Virus record (IMG/VR): IMGVR_UViG_3300048503_000017
Strand: one strand, 5' to 3'
Source of the DNA: an uncultured virus (IMG/VR IMGVR_UViG_3300048503_000017)
Lineage: Duplodnaviria > Heunggongvirae > Uroviricota > Caudoviricetes
DNA: 64,000 nt
A program made the position numbers and the translations under genes. Shown here in pieces: positions 56,524 to 64,000 of the stretch; within the stretch, counting starts at the first letter, position 1, and each line of letters begins with the position of its first letter. The notes under the pieces are model-generated. The model saw only the letters and a list, made by a program, of their open reading frames with translations, had not been told where the DNA came from and did no database searches.

Positions 56524-57132
56524 CTATACCGGCTCTGCCACACATTTCTTTGATTCAAGCCACTTAGAGAATTGCGGGAGGAAATCTTTTGCCTCGATCA
56601 TGACCGCCCGAGCGGGAACCAACTTCCCCTGGTAGAAGTGAAAATTGGGAACTGTGGCCGTGGTTTGGAAGCCGAGTTTGAGGGCATATCTGATCGCGGC
56701 TTGGTTTGATTCGATCATCACTCCATGAAGAACGGTGATCTTCAAACCCTTCATCCAGTAGTAAATTCCGAGCATTCCAAGGTCTCTCAGGTAGCGGGTG
56801 TGCCGGAAGAAGCAAAAACCGCACATCGCCGCTCTTGCGCCGTCAATTCCTTTTGCCGCTTCAACCCAAGCGTACCCAACTGGAATCACGTTCTCTGTTT
56901 TCTCTCCCACGTTTTCAACTTCGCAGAGAATCTGCAAAACCTTTTTGGACTCATCGAACATTCGGATGAAGTGGTCATGGTCGGGATTGTCGCCACACAG
57001 AACTTTTTCAAGCAACCCTGCTTCTTTTGTCTTGTAGTAGAGCGTTGAGAGCATCCCATCCCTATACACAACAGTACCAGGAGTGAAAGGAACCACTGCG
57101 GCTTTGTCGGTCATGAACTCCCAATTATTCAT
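56524..57132 (-). CDS. GNAT-fold acetyltransferase
   Basis: N.AAIRYALKLGF motif; position typical of podovirus virion modules. Confidence 0.6.
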   Translation of the reverse strand: MNNWEFMTDKAAVVPFTPGTVVYRDGMLSTLYYKTKEAGLLEKVLCGDNPDHDHFIRMFDESKKVLQILCEVENVGEKTENVIPVGYAWVEAAKGIDGARAAMCGFCFFRHTRYLRDLGMLGIYYWMKGLKITVLHGVMIESNQAAIRYALKLGFQTTATVPNFHFYQGKLVPARAVMIEAKDFLPQFSKWLESKKCVAEPV

Positions 57133-57201
57133 CTGCTCACCCTTCACTCCAAATTTTGAAATTACAGTTCCTTCCACAACAGTTCTCGTCGAGTGCCAAT
57201 G

Positions 57202-57483
57202 CTATGCTGCCCTCGGTCTACATTTATCTTGGTGTTTTTCAACGTAATCGGAACGTACCAAACAGCCGCAAAGAGTACACAGAAAATAAATCGTTCTCTG
57301 ATCTTCTCTCGCCGGATTCACGGCTAGGAATTGATCCTGGCTGATCTTTTCCTCGCTCCCGGCGATGTCTGCGCTTGACCGCAAAAAATCCGCAAACATG
57401 GAACCGATACTGCGTTTATTAAGTCGCAGTGATTCCCATAGGGGAATGTCCCTAGGTTTCACGTAAATGGTTTTGTTCCCCAC
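57202..57483 (-). CDS. hypothetical protein
   Basis: GGAG RBS; KTIYV N-terminus; CTLC...H. Confidence 0.5.
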   Translation of the reverse strand: MGNKTIYVKPRDIPLWESLRLNKRSIGSMFADFLRSSADIAGSEEKISQDQFLAVNPAREDQRTIYFLCTLCGCLVRSDYVEKHQDKCRPRAA

Positions 57484-57507
57484 GGCTCACTCCAAATTTT
57501 GGAATCC

Positions 57508-58047
57508 CTACAACTCCCCGATAGTGTAGACAACCGTTGCCACTGCGCTGTTCGCATAGTTCGTCGCCACTGCGATTGCCTTGATTGTCGTCGTGACTGA
57601 AACTGTAATGGCCGCACTATACAGAGTCGAACCCGTCGTCGGTGTCGTCCCATCCGTGGTGTAGTAGATTGCGGCTCCGGGCGTTGCACAGACAATCTCG
57701 GCTACCACGCTTCCATAAGTCCCCGAAGGTGGAGAGAACACAGGCGCACCTGTGGTATTCACGGAAGTCCCACTAATCGTCTGTCCCACCAGCGTCCCCA
57801 AAGCCGCTGTCAAAGTAGTATTCGCCCCATTGAAGGCTGTGTGCTGATTCACAATCCAAGCCGTTACCTGGGAGATTTCGCTACTGAACTGGTTCGCATA
57901 CTGATTCGTATCCAAGCCGTAGCTCTGTGAAGGTCCATTCCAGGTGCTCGTCCCATTCGTCGTCACCGAATGCACTGTGATGCTGACATAGCCGGTATTT
58001 GAATCTACCGCTACTTTGTCGACTACAATTGATGTCGTGTCCGCCAT
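57508..58047 (-). CDS. virion-associated protein with CHB_HEX_C/FN3-associated domain
   Basis: PVFSPPSGTY...TPGAAIYYTTDGTTPT..S.LY...I.V..TTTIKAIA. Confidence 0.75.
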   Translation of the reverse strand: MADTTSIVVDKVAVDSNTGYVSITVHSVTTNGTSTWNGPSQSYGLDTNQYANQFSSEISQVTAWIVNQHTAFNGANTTLTAALGTLVGQTISGTSVNTTGAPVFSPPSGTYGSVVAEIVCATPGAAIYYTTDGTTPTTGSTLYSAAITVSVTTTIKAIAVATNYANSAVATVVYTIGEL

Positions 58048-58056
58048 GTCTACCTC

Positions 58057-58989
58057 CTAGAAAAAACTTCCGGCCGTGGGAGATCCGATTATAGGCGACC
58101 CACCGCCGCCGCTCTGAGCAACCACCCCGCCAGAAGATGTGAGCGACACAACCGCTACGATCTGGGAACCATCAGCACACACGCGCAAGCGATTGTAAGC
58201 TGTGTCCCCAGATAACGGACCAACCAAAGCAACAAACTGGCTCCTCTTCTTGGCCATGTAGTAATAGGTGTTGCCCAACTCCACGTTTCCGCCAGAGCCG
58301 CTTACGGTCCCCAAGAAATCCTGATACGTGAACTCGTTTGGAGGCGTGTATGTTGTCACTTCCCACGGCCCATTAAACCCTGCTGGACTTACTCCTATGA
58401 TCGTCACAACCTGTCCCCGGCTTACGCTTATCGGATTCACGGTCTGGACCGTCACCAAATTCGATACACAACCAATCGTGCTGATAGCGTAAACCGTAGG
58501 AAGACTGAGCGTGTCTGTCCTCGATAGAAGCAATATGGTGCTCCCATCTGCAAAAGTAAAAGGACTTGCTGGAATGATTACCTTCACCCCTCCAGATACG
58601 TTGCTCAACAGTGGGTAGATATTGTTGGCATTGGGGGGAGTGCTCATCAAATCATTTAAGAAACTGCTCTGGGCTTCGCGCTGACTGCCTGAATTTATGA
58701 TTCGGTATCCAAGCATCGGCTGTGAACCGCTTGGAGAAATTTGCGGTTTCAAGGCCGCTGCGGAGTATGCTGCCTCTGCCGCTTCGCTCGTCAACACGTC
58801 GCTACCTGCGGTCGGTGGCGCCACATTCGTAATTTTGTTCCCAGAAAGATTAAGATGATTGCTTAACTCGACTTCCCCTGAATGACCCCCGAGAATGTTC
58901 ACGGCATCCTGCAAGTTGCTCATCTGAATTTGTTCAGGAAGAGACAACGAGGAGAACGTGATCTTTCCGAGTTTGGGAGGCTTCGGCAT
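58057..58989 (-). CDS. putative tail-associated protein
   Basis: LNLSGNKITNVA.P fibre-type motif, beta-rich. Confidence 0.55.
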   Translation of the reverse strand: MPKPPKLGKITFSSLSLPEQIQMSNLQDAVNILGGHSGEVELSNHLNLSGNKITNVAPPTAGSDVLTSEAAEAAYSAAALKPQISPSGSQPMLGYRIINSGSQREAQSSFLNDLMSTPPNANNIYPLLSNVSGGVKVIIPASPFTFADGSTILLLSRTDTLSLPTVYAISTIGCVSNLVTVQTVNPISVSRGQVVTIIGVSPAGFNGPWEVTTYTPPNEFTYQDFLGTVSGSGGNVELGNTYYYMAKKRSQFVALVGPLSGDTAYNRLRVCADGSQIVAVVSLTSSGGVVAQSGGGGSPIIGSPTAGSFF

Positions 58990-59087
58990 GGATTGATGAT
59001 ACCTTATGTTCGCAGTTTATGGTAAACAACAAAGCCCCAACCCAAAAAGGCTGAGGCTCTGTCTACCTACCGGGGATGCCCGATCCA

Positions 59088-59612
59088 TTAGGGCGTCGGC
59101 GTCGTAAACTGGACCGCGACCGATTGCGTGAGTTGCGACGGAGGCGGCGCCACGGCGTTTGTCGTGATCGTGAACGACTGCGACCACTGCGAAACCACGC
59201 CATCAGTATCGGTGACGGCGCAGGATGCCGTGCCGGTGACAGCGCCCGCTGAGGCCGCTACGCCAGTAACAGTTGCCGTGACACCATCGGAATTCAGGAC
59301 CACCGTTGCCGATGGATCACTGAAGCTATAGGCGACGTTTGACAGCGTGCCGCCCGAAGGGGTGACGCCATCGGCCAGAAGCGGCTGAATGGACGCCTGC
59401 GAGGTTTGACCTACGTTGAGTACCAGAGCGTTGTTCATGGAGTCTCCTGTGAAGCGAACCGCTATTGAGTTGGTTGCGAGTTTGGGTTTTAGTTCATGGC
59501 GAATCTCTCTGAGAAGCCGCTTAATACGATCTTTGCATCTCAGCGTTTCCCATTGAAAGTCCAGAGCTTCACGTAGTTGTTCTAGTGGATCGTAGCGCGG
59601 ATTAGTAGCCAA
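59088..59612 (-). CDS. hypothetical protein with Ig-like C-terminus
   Basis: GGAGG RBS; beta-rich C-terminal half. Confidence 0.55.
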   Translation of the reverse strand: MATNPRYDPLEQLREALDFQWETLRCKDRIKRLLREIRHELKPKLATNSIAVRFTGDSMNNALVLNVGQTSQASIQPLLADGVTPSGGTLSNVAYSFSDPSATVVLNSDGVTATVTGVAASAGAVTGTASCAVTDTDGVVSQWSQSFTITTNAVAPPPSQLTQSVAVQFTTPTP

Positions 59613-60012
59613 GTGATCCCTCCACCAATCTCATGCACATTGTACCACCAAATTTTGAATCTGTGTCGTGCGGTTTTGGACAGCGGTTTCACCCGCTGAT
59701 TTTCCAGCCAGCCGCAAAGGTAGGAGTTTTGGTCAACAAGAGGAGACTACTAGGCGGGAGTGTGCTTCGAGGAGATTTGAGAGGGACTGGCTAATTGCGT
59801 ACATCGTAACACAAAATAAAACCGCCGACTGCATCATCATCGGCGGGCACTTCAATTGCGGGCCTCGAATTCAGATATGAGCCGTCGCACGTCTTAACCT
59901 TTTCCCTGACGGATGCTCGCCAGTCCCCACGGGAGGCTCCTTCCAACGTGCTTGAGGAGCGGAATCCTGATCGGCTTTCTCTTCGAGTACAACGCCCTCT
60001 CTGGTGGAATCT

Positions 60013-60089
60013 TGGTTGCGAAGGTGGGATTTGAACCCACGACCTATGCGTTATGAGCGCATCGAGCTACCGGGCTGCTCTACCTCGCA
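60013..60089 (-). tRNA. tRNA-Met (CAU), initiator-like body
   Basis: 77 nt TGCGAGG...GAGCAGCCCGGTAGCTC G ATGCG CTCATAA CGCAT AGGTC GTGGG TTCAAAT CCCAC CTTCGCA ACCA. Confidence 0.9.
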
Positions 60090-60128
60090 AAATCATTATG
60101 CAACAGGTCCGTCATGTTGGCAAGTACC

Positions 60129-61232
60129 TCATAGGTCAATGTCCACCTTGAACGTGTCGGTAGCTTTAGGTCGGCACATCTTCCAGATGATCGGCGCGTA
60201 GTTCTTTCCGTCCAGCATGGCAAACAGCACCGGAGTCAGCGGCGGCTTTGCAACGGCATAGAGAGCGAACTGCTTGCGCTGCTCGGCGGTCGTGATTATC
60301 TTCTCTCCTTCGTACTCAAGCATCGCAACCAAAGCCGCATCCTCGATCACCTTATATGCACTCAGGAGAACTCTCTCCACATTGTTGATCCATGCCACGA
60401 AATCGGCTGGAACGTCCGTTGTTACCGTAGTCAAGTCGAGGCCGTCTCTCAGCATCTCCCAAATCGTTACCGGATTGGTTCCGGTCAAAAGCCGATGCAA
60501 ACGGCAATACGTATCCATCTTCACCTTGACGCGCAACGGCCATGTACCGAGGCGATGCCACGCCACAACATAGCCCTCTTCGTTCTCGACATCCTCCACA
60601 ACGCATTCATCCAGCGGCTTGTCGAACTCATCCACGACCCGTAGATTGTTCTCACCTGTCCAATGCCGCAAAAACTTCATCGGCATCTCTTCGCCAGTCT
60701 CGATATGGACACTTGCGAGGACTACAAGACCAGACCAGTCGTACTTCACAACAATCTGATTTTCAGGAAAAACAATCTCCACAAGAGGCGTGAATCCGGG
60801 AGGCCAAATAAATGCGGGGCGACTATTGAGCCAGTTGGTTGCCCACACCGCTTGATCGCTCGTAAATGATCCGCGTGTCGCAACGGCCCACTTGCCATCG
60901 TAGCGATAGAGAATCCCAAGGCTCCCATCGAACTTCCGCGTAATGCTCGGCACGGTTGCGGGGAAGTTTTCTGGCATTGTTTCTGGATGCCGGGAGTCTG
61001 AGTAATTCCAAAATTTGGAAAATGGCCGCGCAACAATTTCGCTGGTCTGCGAATCGAAGATTAGCCCTCGGCACTTGTCGGTGACTTCATTCCACAACTC
61101 AGGGCTGAATTGGGCCTTCTGTGTGTAGTTGAGAATGCGGAGCGGCAATGAGGGATGAACCTGTTCTTTCACCATCCCATCGGCAATCTGTTGCATCAAC
61201 TTTTCGCGGTCAACGTAATCGAACAACTGCAT
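60129..61232 (-). CDS. T4 Rnl1-like RNA ligase
   Basis: CRGLI...ARPFSKFWN, motif I RKFDGSLG, ATRGSF, EGYV, RVKVK..Y. Confidence 0.88.
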   Translation of the reverse strand: MQLFDYVDREKLMQQIADGMVKEQVHPSLPLRILNYTQKAQFSPELWNEVTDKCRGLIFDSQTSEIVARPFSKFWNYSDSRHPETMPENFPATVPSITRKFDGSLGILYRYDGKWAVATRGSFTSDQAVWATNWLNSRPAFIWPPGFTPLVEIVFPENQIVVKYDWSGLVVLASVHIETGEEMPMKFLRHWTGENNLRVVDEFDKPLDECVVEDVENEEGYVVAWHRLGTWPLRVKVKMDTYCRLHRLLTGTNPVTIWEMLRDGLDLTTVTTDVPADFVAWINNVERVLLSAYKVIEDAALVAMLEYEGEKIITTAEQRKQFALYAVAKPPLTPVLFAMLDGKNYAPIIWKMCRPKATDTFKVDIDL

Positions 61233-62101
61233 CAGAACTCCTCCAAATCACGGCCCCGAACCCACTCGACGTTCAGCCCTTCAGATTCCCACATGCGACA
61301 AACAGAAGGACGATCATCAAGAACCAGAGCAATCTTCTCTTTCGGCATGTATTTCAGAAAGTCGGCTTTCACCTGAGTATCAGGCCGCTTGTCTCCACCG
61401 GACCTCATGAAGATATGGTCAATGCGGAGCGGAAAACCTTCCCATGTGGCACGTAAGAACCACAGAGAAGTCTTCAACCAGTAAGTATCGGGACGCCCAG
61501 ACACGACACAGATAGTGTGACCCTTGCTCAGTTCGTGCGCTTTGCGGAATACAGCCTCAACCGGGGCATCTTTGTCGCACTCCTCGAAATAGGAAGTCCA
61601 ATCTTTCTTCTCTCCCGTAACGAGATGCTGCCGATGGTCACCGTTAGCCAAAGTTCCGTCAATGTCTACCAGAGCAATCGGCCTTTCGCCCCACTCAATC
61701 ATACCGTTCTGAAGAGCGAGCCTTTCGATTACAGGTCGTCCGACGCCCGGATTGCGCTTGCCGTCGCGGTCAATGCAGACGCCTATATCTACATCCATAT
61801 CGTGCGGGACAAACGCCTGTCCGTGATCCTTCGCAAAATCAGACCACATCTGACGGTGCTTTACCCCAAGGTTTGTGTCGTCAATTATGGGGTTCATGCC
61901 GTGCTTGAATAGCACTTCAGCAATGGCCTTCTCGCAGTCAATCGTGACCTGTTCGCGCTTGCCGGTCCACACCGATTCAAACAACATGGCTCGCAAATCA
62001 TCCCGGTTGATGCGACCATCGTTACCGCTTGCCTTCACTGCCATACGGGCAAACGTAGACTTCCCGCTTGCGGGAAGCCCTTTGAGCATTGTCAGTTTCA
62101 A
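61232..62101 (-). CDS. pseT: polynucleotide 5'-kinase/3'-phosphatase (T4 PseT-like)
   Basis: P-loop GLPASGKS, NRDDLR, DDTN; HAD motifs DIDGTLA, SGR, LDDR. Confidence 0.88.
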   Translation of the reverse strand: MKLTMLKGLPASGKSTFARMAVKASGNDGRINRDDLRAMLFESVWTGKREQVTIDCEKAIAEVLFKHGMNPIIDDTNLGVKHRQMWSDFAKDHGQAFVPHDMDVDIGVCIDRDGKRNPGVGRPVIERLALQNGMIEWGERPIALVDIDGTLANGDHRQHLVTGEKKDWTSYFEECDKDAPVEAVFRKAHELSKGHTICVVSGRPDTYWLKTSLWFLRATWEGFPLRIDHIFMRSGGDKRPDTQVKADFLKYMPKEKIALVLDDRPSVCRMWESEGLNVEWVRGRDLEEF

Positions 62102-62211
62102 GTCTTTCCCCTCCACACCGAGAATATCACCGATGTAGGCAGAATAGGGAATGAGCACTTCGGAACAGCCTCAAATGATTATCCGGCATCCTATTGGAGT
62201 GAGGTACTCCT

Positions 62212-62382
62212 ATGCTCAATATCATCTTGGTGATTCTGATGTTCCTCTGCGGCTTTGGCGGATATGCTATCCCAGCAACGCAGCCAGCCGGTTTCCGGTA
62301 TGGTGTCGGACTTCTCGGCGCTGTGTTGTTTATCCTGTTCTGCCTCATCAACCTGGGGATAATTCATCCCGGTACGCTTTAG
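62212..62382 (+). CDS. small 2-TM membrane protein
   Basis: GAGG RBS; MLNIILVILMFLCGFGG...LLGAVLFILFCLINLGII; below ORF-track cutoff. Confidence 0.55.
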   Translation: MLNIILVILMFLCGFGGYAIPATQPAGFRYGVGLLGAVLFILFCLINLGIIHPGTL

Positions 62383-64000
62383 TTTTCCACGATCAAGACT
62401 TTCTCATAGCCGCGACCTTGGCAGAGAAATTTGGTCCAAAGACAAGTATCTTGCCACCACATGAAGTCGCCTGTTGAGGTTGCCACGAGCCTTATGGTGC
62501 GGAATTGAATCCCAGGTAGACGCTGCCTGAGCGGGTTCCTGATGCCACCAGCCGTGGGCATAGTGAAGGTGAATGCTGCGGTTGGATTGCTGTCGTAATA
62601 CACGCTTACAGTGATCGGGGCCGTGGCACTGTATTGGGCAAAAAAGTCTCGGCATATCTTGGAATCTGCCCCGCCGCAGTTCATATCGTAAGAATCTAGT
62701 GTTTTGCGCGTCCTCGGCAGCACAAGGGCTTCCACGGCTGCCTGGAACAGGTAACTCCATGCGCTTACGTTCCCCGCAATCAAGAGCGAAATCTTGTACG
62801 CTTGCTGCCCGAGTCCGGCATTCACTGGCAGGTTGATCTTGCCTCTCTGTGTGTTGTTGATCGTCCCGAGCGGAACCGTGATCTCCCCATCGTTGAAGAG
62901 CACCGATACGTTGAGGGTTTGCCCTCCGGTGTTGCAGTCGATCTGCACCGCATTGTACTGCTTCTGGTTGGCAGGACTGCCTTGGAAACTGTACGCGGTC
63001 TGCAAATTGATTGCGATTGGGTTTGCGACGAGTACCCCCCCAGACGCTCCCTGATCGGTGGGCAGGTTTTGCCTGTCGATGTGGACGAGTCCGTTTGAGT
63101 CACCATAGAGCAACTGATTGGTGTCGGCTTCCAAGTAGATGCTCTGCGCGTCCGCATCGTCATTCCGCCAGCGATTCGCGTATTGCGTATGCATGATCAG
63201 TCTGTGGCGGTTTCCGTCCGTGCCGATGTACGAAAAGAAGAGCATCGAATTCCAGTAAGCTGCGACCGTCTGATTCAATAGACTCAGGTTCGCTTCTACG
63301 ATAGGGGAAGAGCCAACGGACTGTAGGAGAAACTCAATCGCCAAACTCAAATACTCTGAGTCTCCCCCCGCAAAGTCCCTGATACCGTCCACGGCCATGT
63401 AGTAGATGGCCTTCTCCGTGACGATATAACCGAACGGAGCGATGCACCCAAACTTACACTTTGTCGGATAAGGCGGCTGAGTTGCCGGAGAGTCTGGAGG
63501 AATCATCCACCATCCGCTCTTGACGCAGCTCACGAACACGTTCCCGGCATACGGCACCACCGCCGTAATGTAGTCATCCGGCGTCGAGACAATGACGTTG
63601 TTCGCCTCTCCCACGTACTGCGGCGCGTTTCCCGTTGAGAAGTAGAGCGTCGACGGGTTGTTTGGATCTCCCCAATACCAAGCCTTGTTGAAGGCAATCA
63701 CCATCCCGTAAACCGGCTGGCCTACCTTGATGCTCGCCTGGACTTGCTCTCCGATTGCATGAGTGTTCTGCACAAAAGCTGTAAAACCCACAATCTCTCT
63801 ATTGCCGAAGCCGCCAAAAATCACAGACAGAACCGTTACGGTTTCGAAGTTGTTAGAAATGGCCGTTGGGCTCCCCAGTGTTACCTGCTGGCGAACGACT
63901 ATTGGGATTGGAATAACGAAAACAGAAAGCGGCGTCCCCAGAGTCACAGTCGCAACTTGATTGGTGGTGTTGATTGCCATTCCAACCGTATTGTTTACCG
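62379..64000 (-). CDS. tail nozzle/stabilisation-type virion protein (5' partial)
   Basis: beta-propeller-like motifs (LYFS, GCIAPFG, IYYMAVDGI..F.G...LS..I); frame open to window end. Confidence 0.6.
   Translation of the reverse strand, partial: VNNTVGMAINTTNQVATVTLGTPLSVFVIPIPIVVRQQVTLGSPTAISNNFETVTVLSVIFGGFGNREIVGFTAFVQNTHAIGEQVQASIKVGQPVYGMVIAFNKAWYWGDPNNPSTLYFSTGNAPQYVGEANNVIVSTPDDYITAVVPYAGNVFVSCVKSGWWMIPPDSPATQPPYPTKCKFGCIAPFGYIVTEKAIYYMAVDGIRDFAGGDSEYLSLAIEFLLQSVGSSPIVEANLSLLNQTVAAYWNSMLFFSYIGTDGNRHRLIMHTQYANRWRNDDADAQSIYLEADTNQLLYGDSNGLVHIDRQNLPTDQGASGGVLVANPIAINLQTAYSFQGSPANQKQYNAVQIDCNTGGQTLNVSVLFNDGEITVPLGTINNTQRGKINLPVNAGLGQQAYKISLLIAGNVSAWSYLFQAAVEALVLPRTRKTLDSYDMNCGGADSKICRDFFAQYSATAPITVSVYYDSNPTAAFTFTMPTAGGIRNPLRQRLPGIQFRTIRLVATSTGDFMWWQDTCLWTKFLCQGRGYEKVLIVEN

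Larger units (their letters stand above)
2866..61019. repeat. dispersed palindrome TCCAAANTTTGGA (15 exact copies)
   Basis: 13-mers starting at 2866, 7897, 9546, 28433, 31145, 33935, 40170, 40928, 42922, 43069, 45984, 51570, 55311, 57491, 61007; one more split by an insertion (37488/37899); near matches at 57148 and 59647. Confidence 0.9.

Noticed and set aside
59613..60012. Additional tRNAs or ncRNA downstream of tRNA-Met
   Set aside because: Short hairpins are present but I could not build a cloverleaf or a recognisable family.
1..64000. Alternative genetic code
   Set aside because: Long genes are uninterrupted under code 11 and all three stop codons end genes; there is no suppressor tRNA.

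Overview
This window is a 64-kb piece of a tailed-phage (or prophage) genome with almost all genes on the minus strand. No terminase, portal, capsid or integrase is visible here. Modules from left to right: small early/accessory genes including a frameshift-split ParB (1-9.8 kb); a short plus-strand island (9.9-11 kb); a lysis/envelope cluster with an M15 endolysin, a papain-like C1 peptidase and holin-like proteins (11-16 kb); two very large, repeat-rich fibre/adhesin genes with Sec-type signal peptides (16-28 kb); a replication/recombination block with HNH, DnaB, RusA, ACP, a PD-(D/E)XK nuclease, an SSAP, a DEDDh exonuclease and a radical SAM protein (28-43 kb); a podovirus-like virion/ejection block with a 3527-aa polyvalent helicase-containing protein (43.8-59.6 kb); a tRNA-Met(CAU) next to T4-like RNA ligase and PNK/phosphatase genes; and a partial tail gene. 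Highlight 1: a stand-alone Cas7/RAMP-like gene (35053-35682) lies between two non-CRISPR arrays of 5-nt units (variable NN + conserved GGY) and behind a MerR-type HTH gene, a candidate RNA-guided system with a non-contiguous code. Highlight 2: the palindrome TCCAAANTTTGGA occurs 15 times. Highlight 3: a 402-bp transposase-less cassette with 22-bp terminal inverted repeats and an 8-bp target duplication is inserted exactly into a further copy of that palindrome. All protein calls are motif-based recognition by eye, not database hits.
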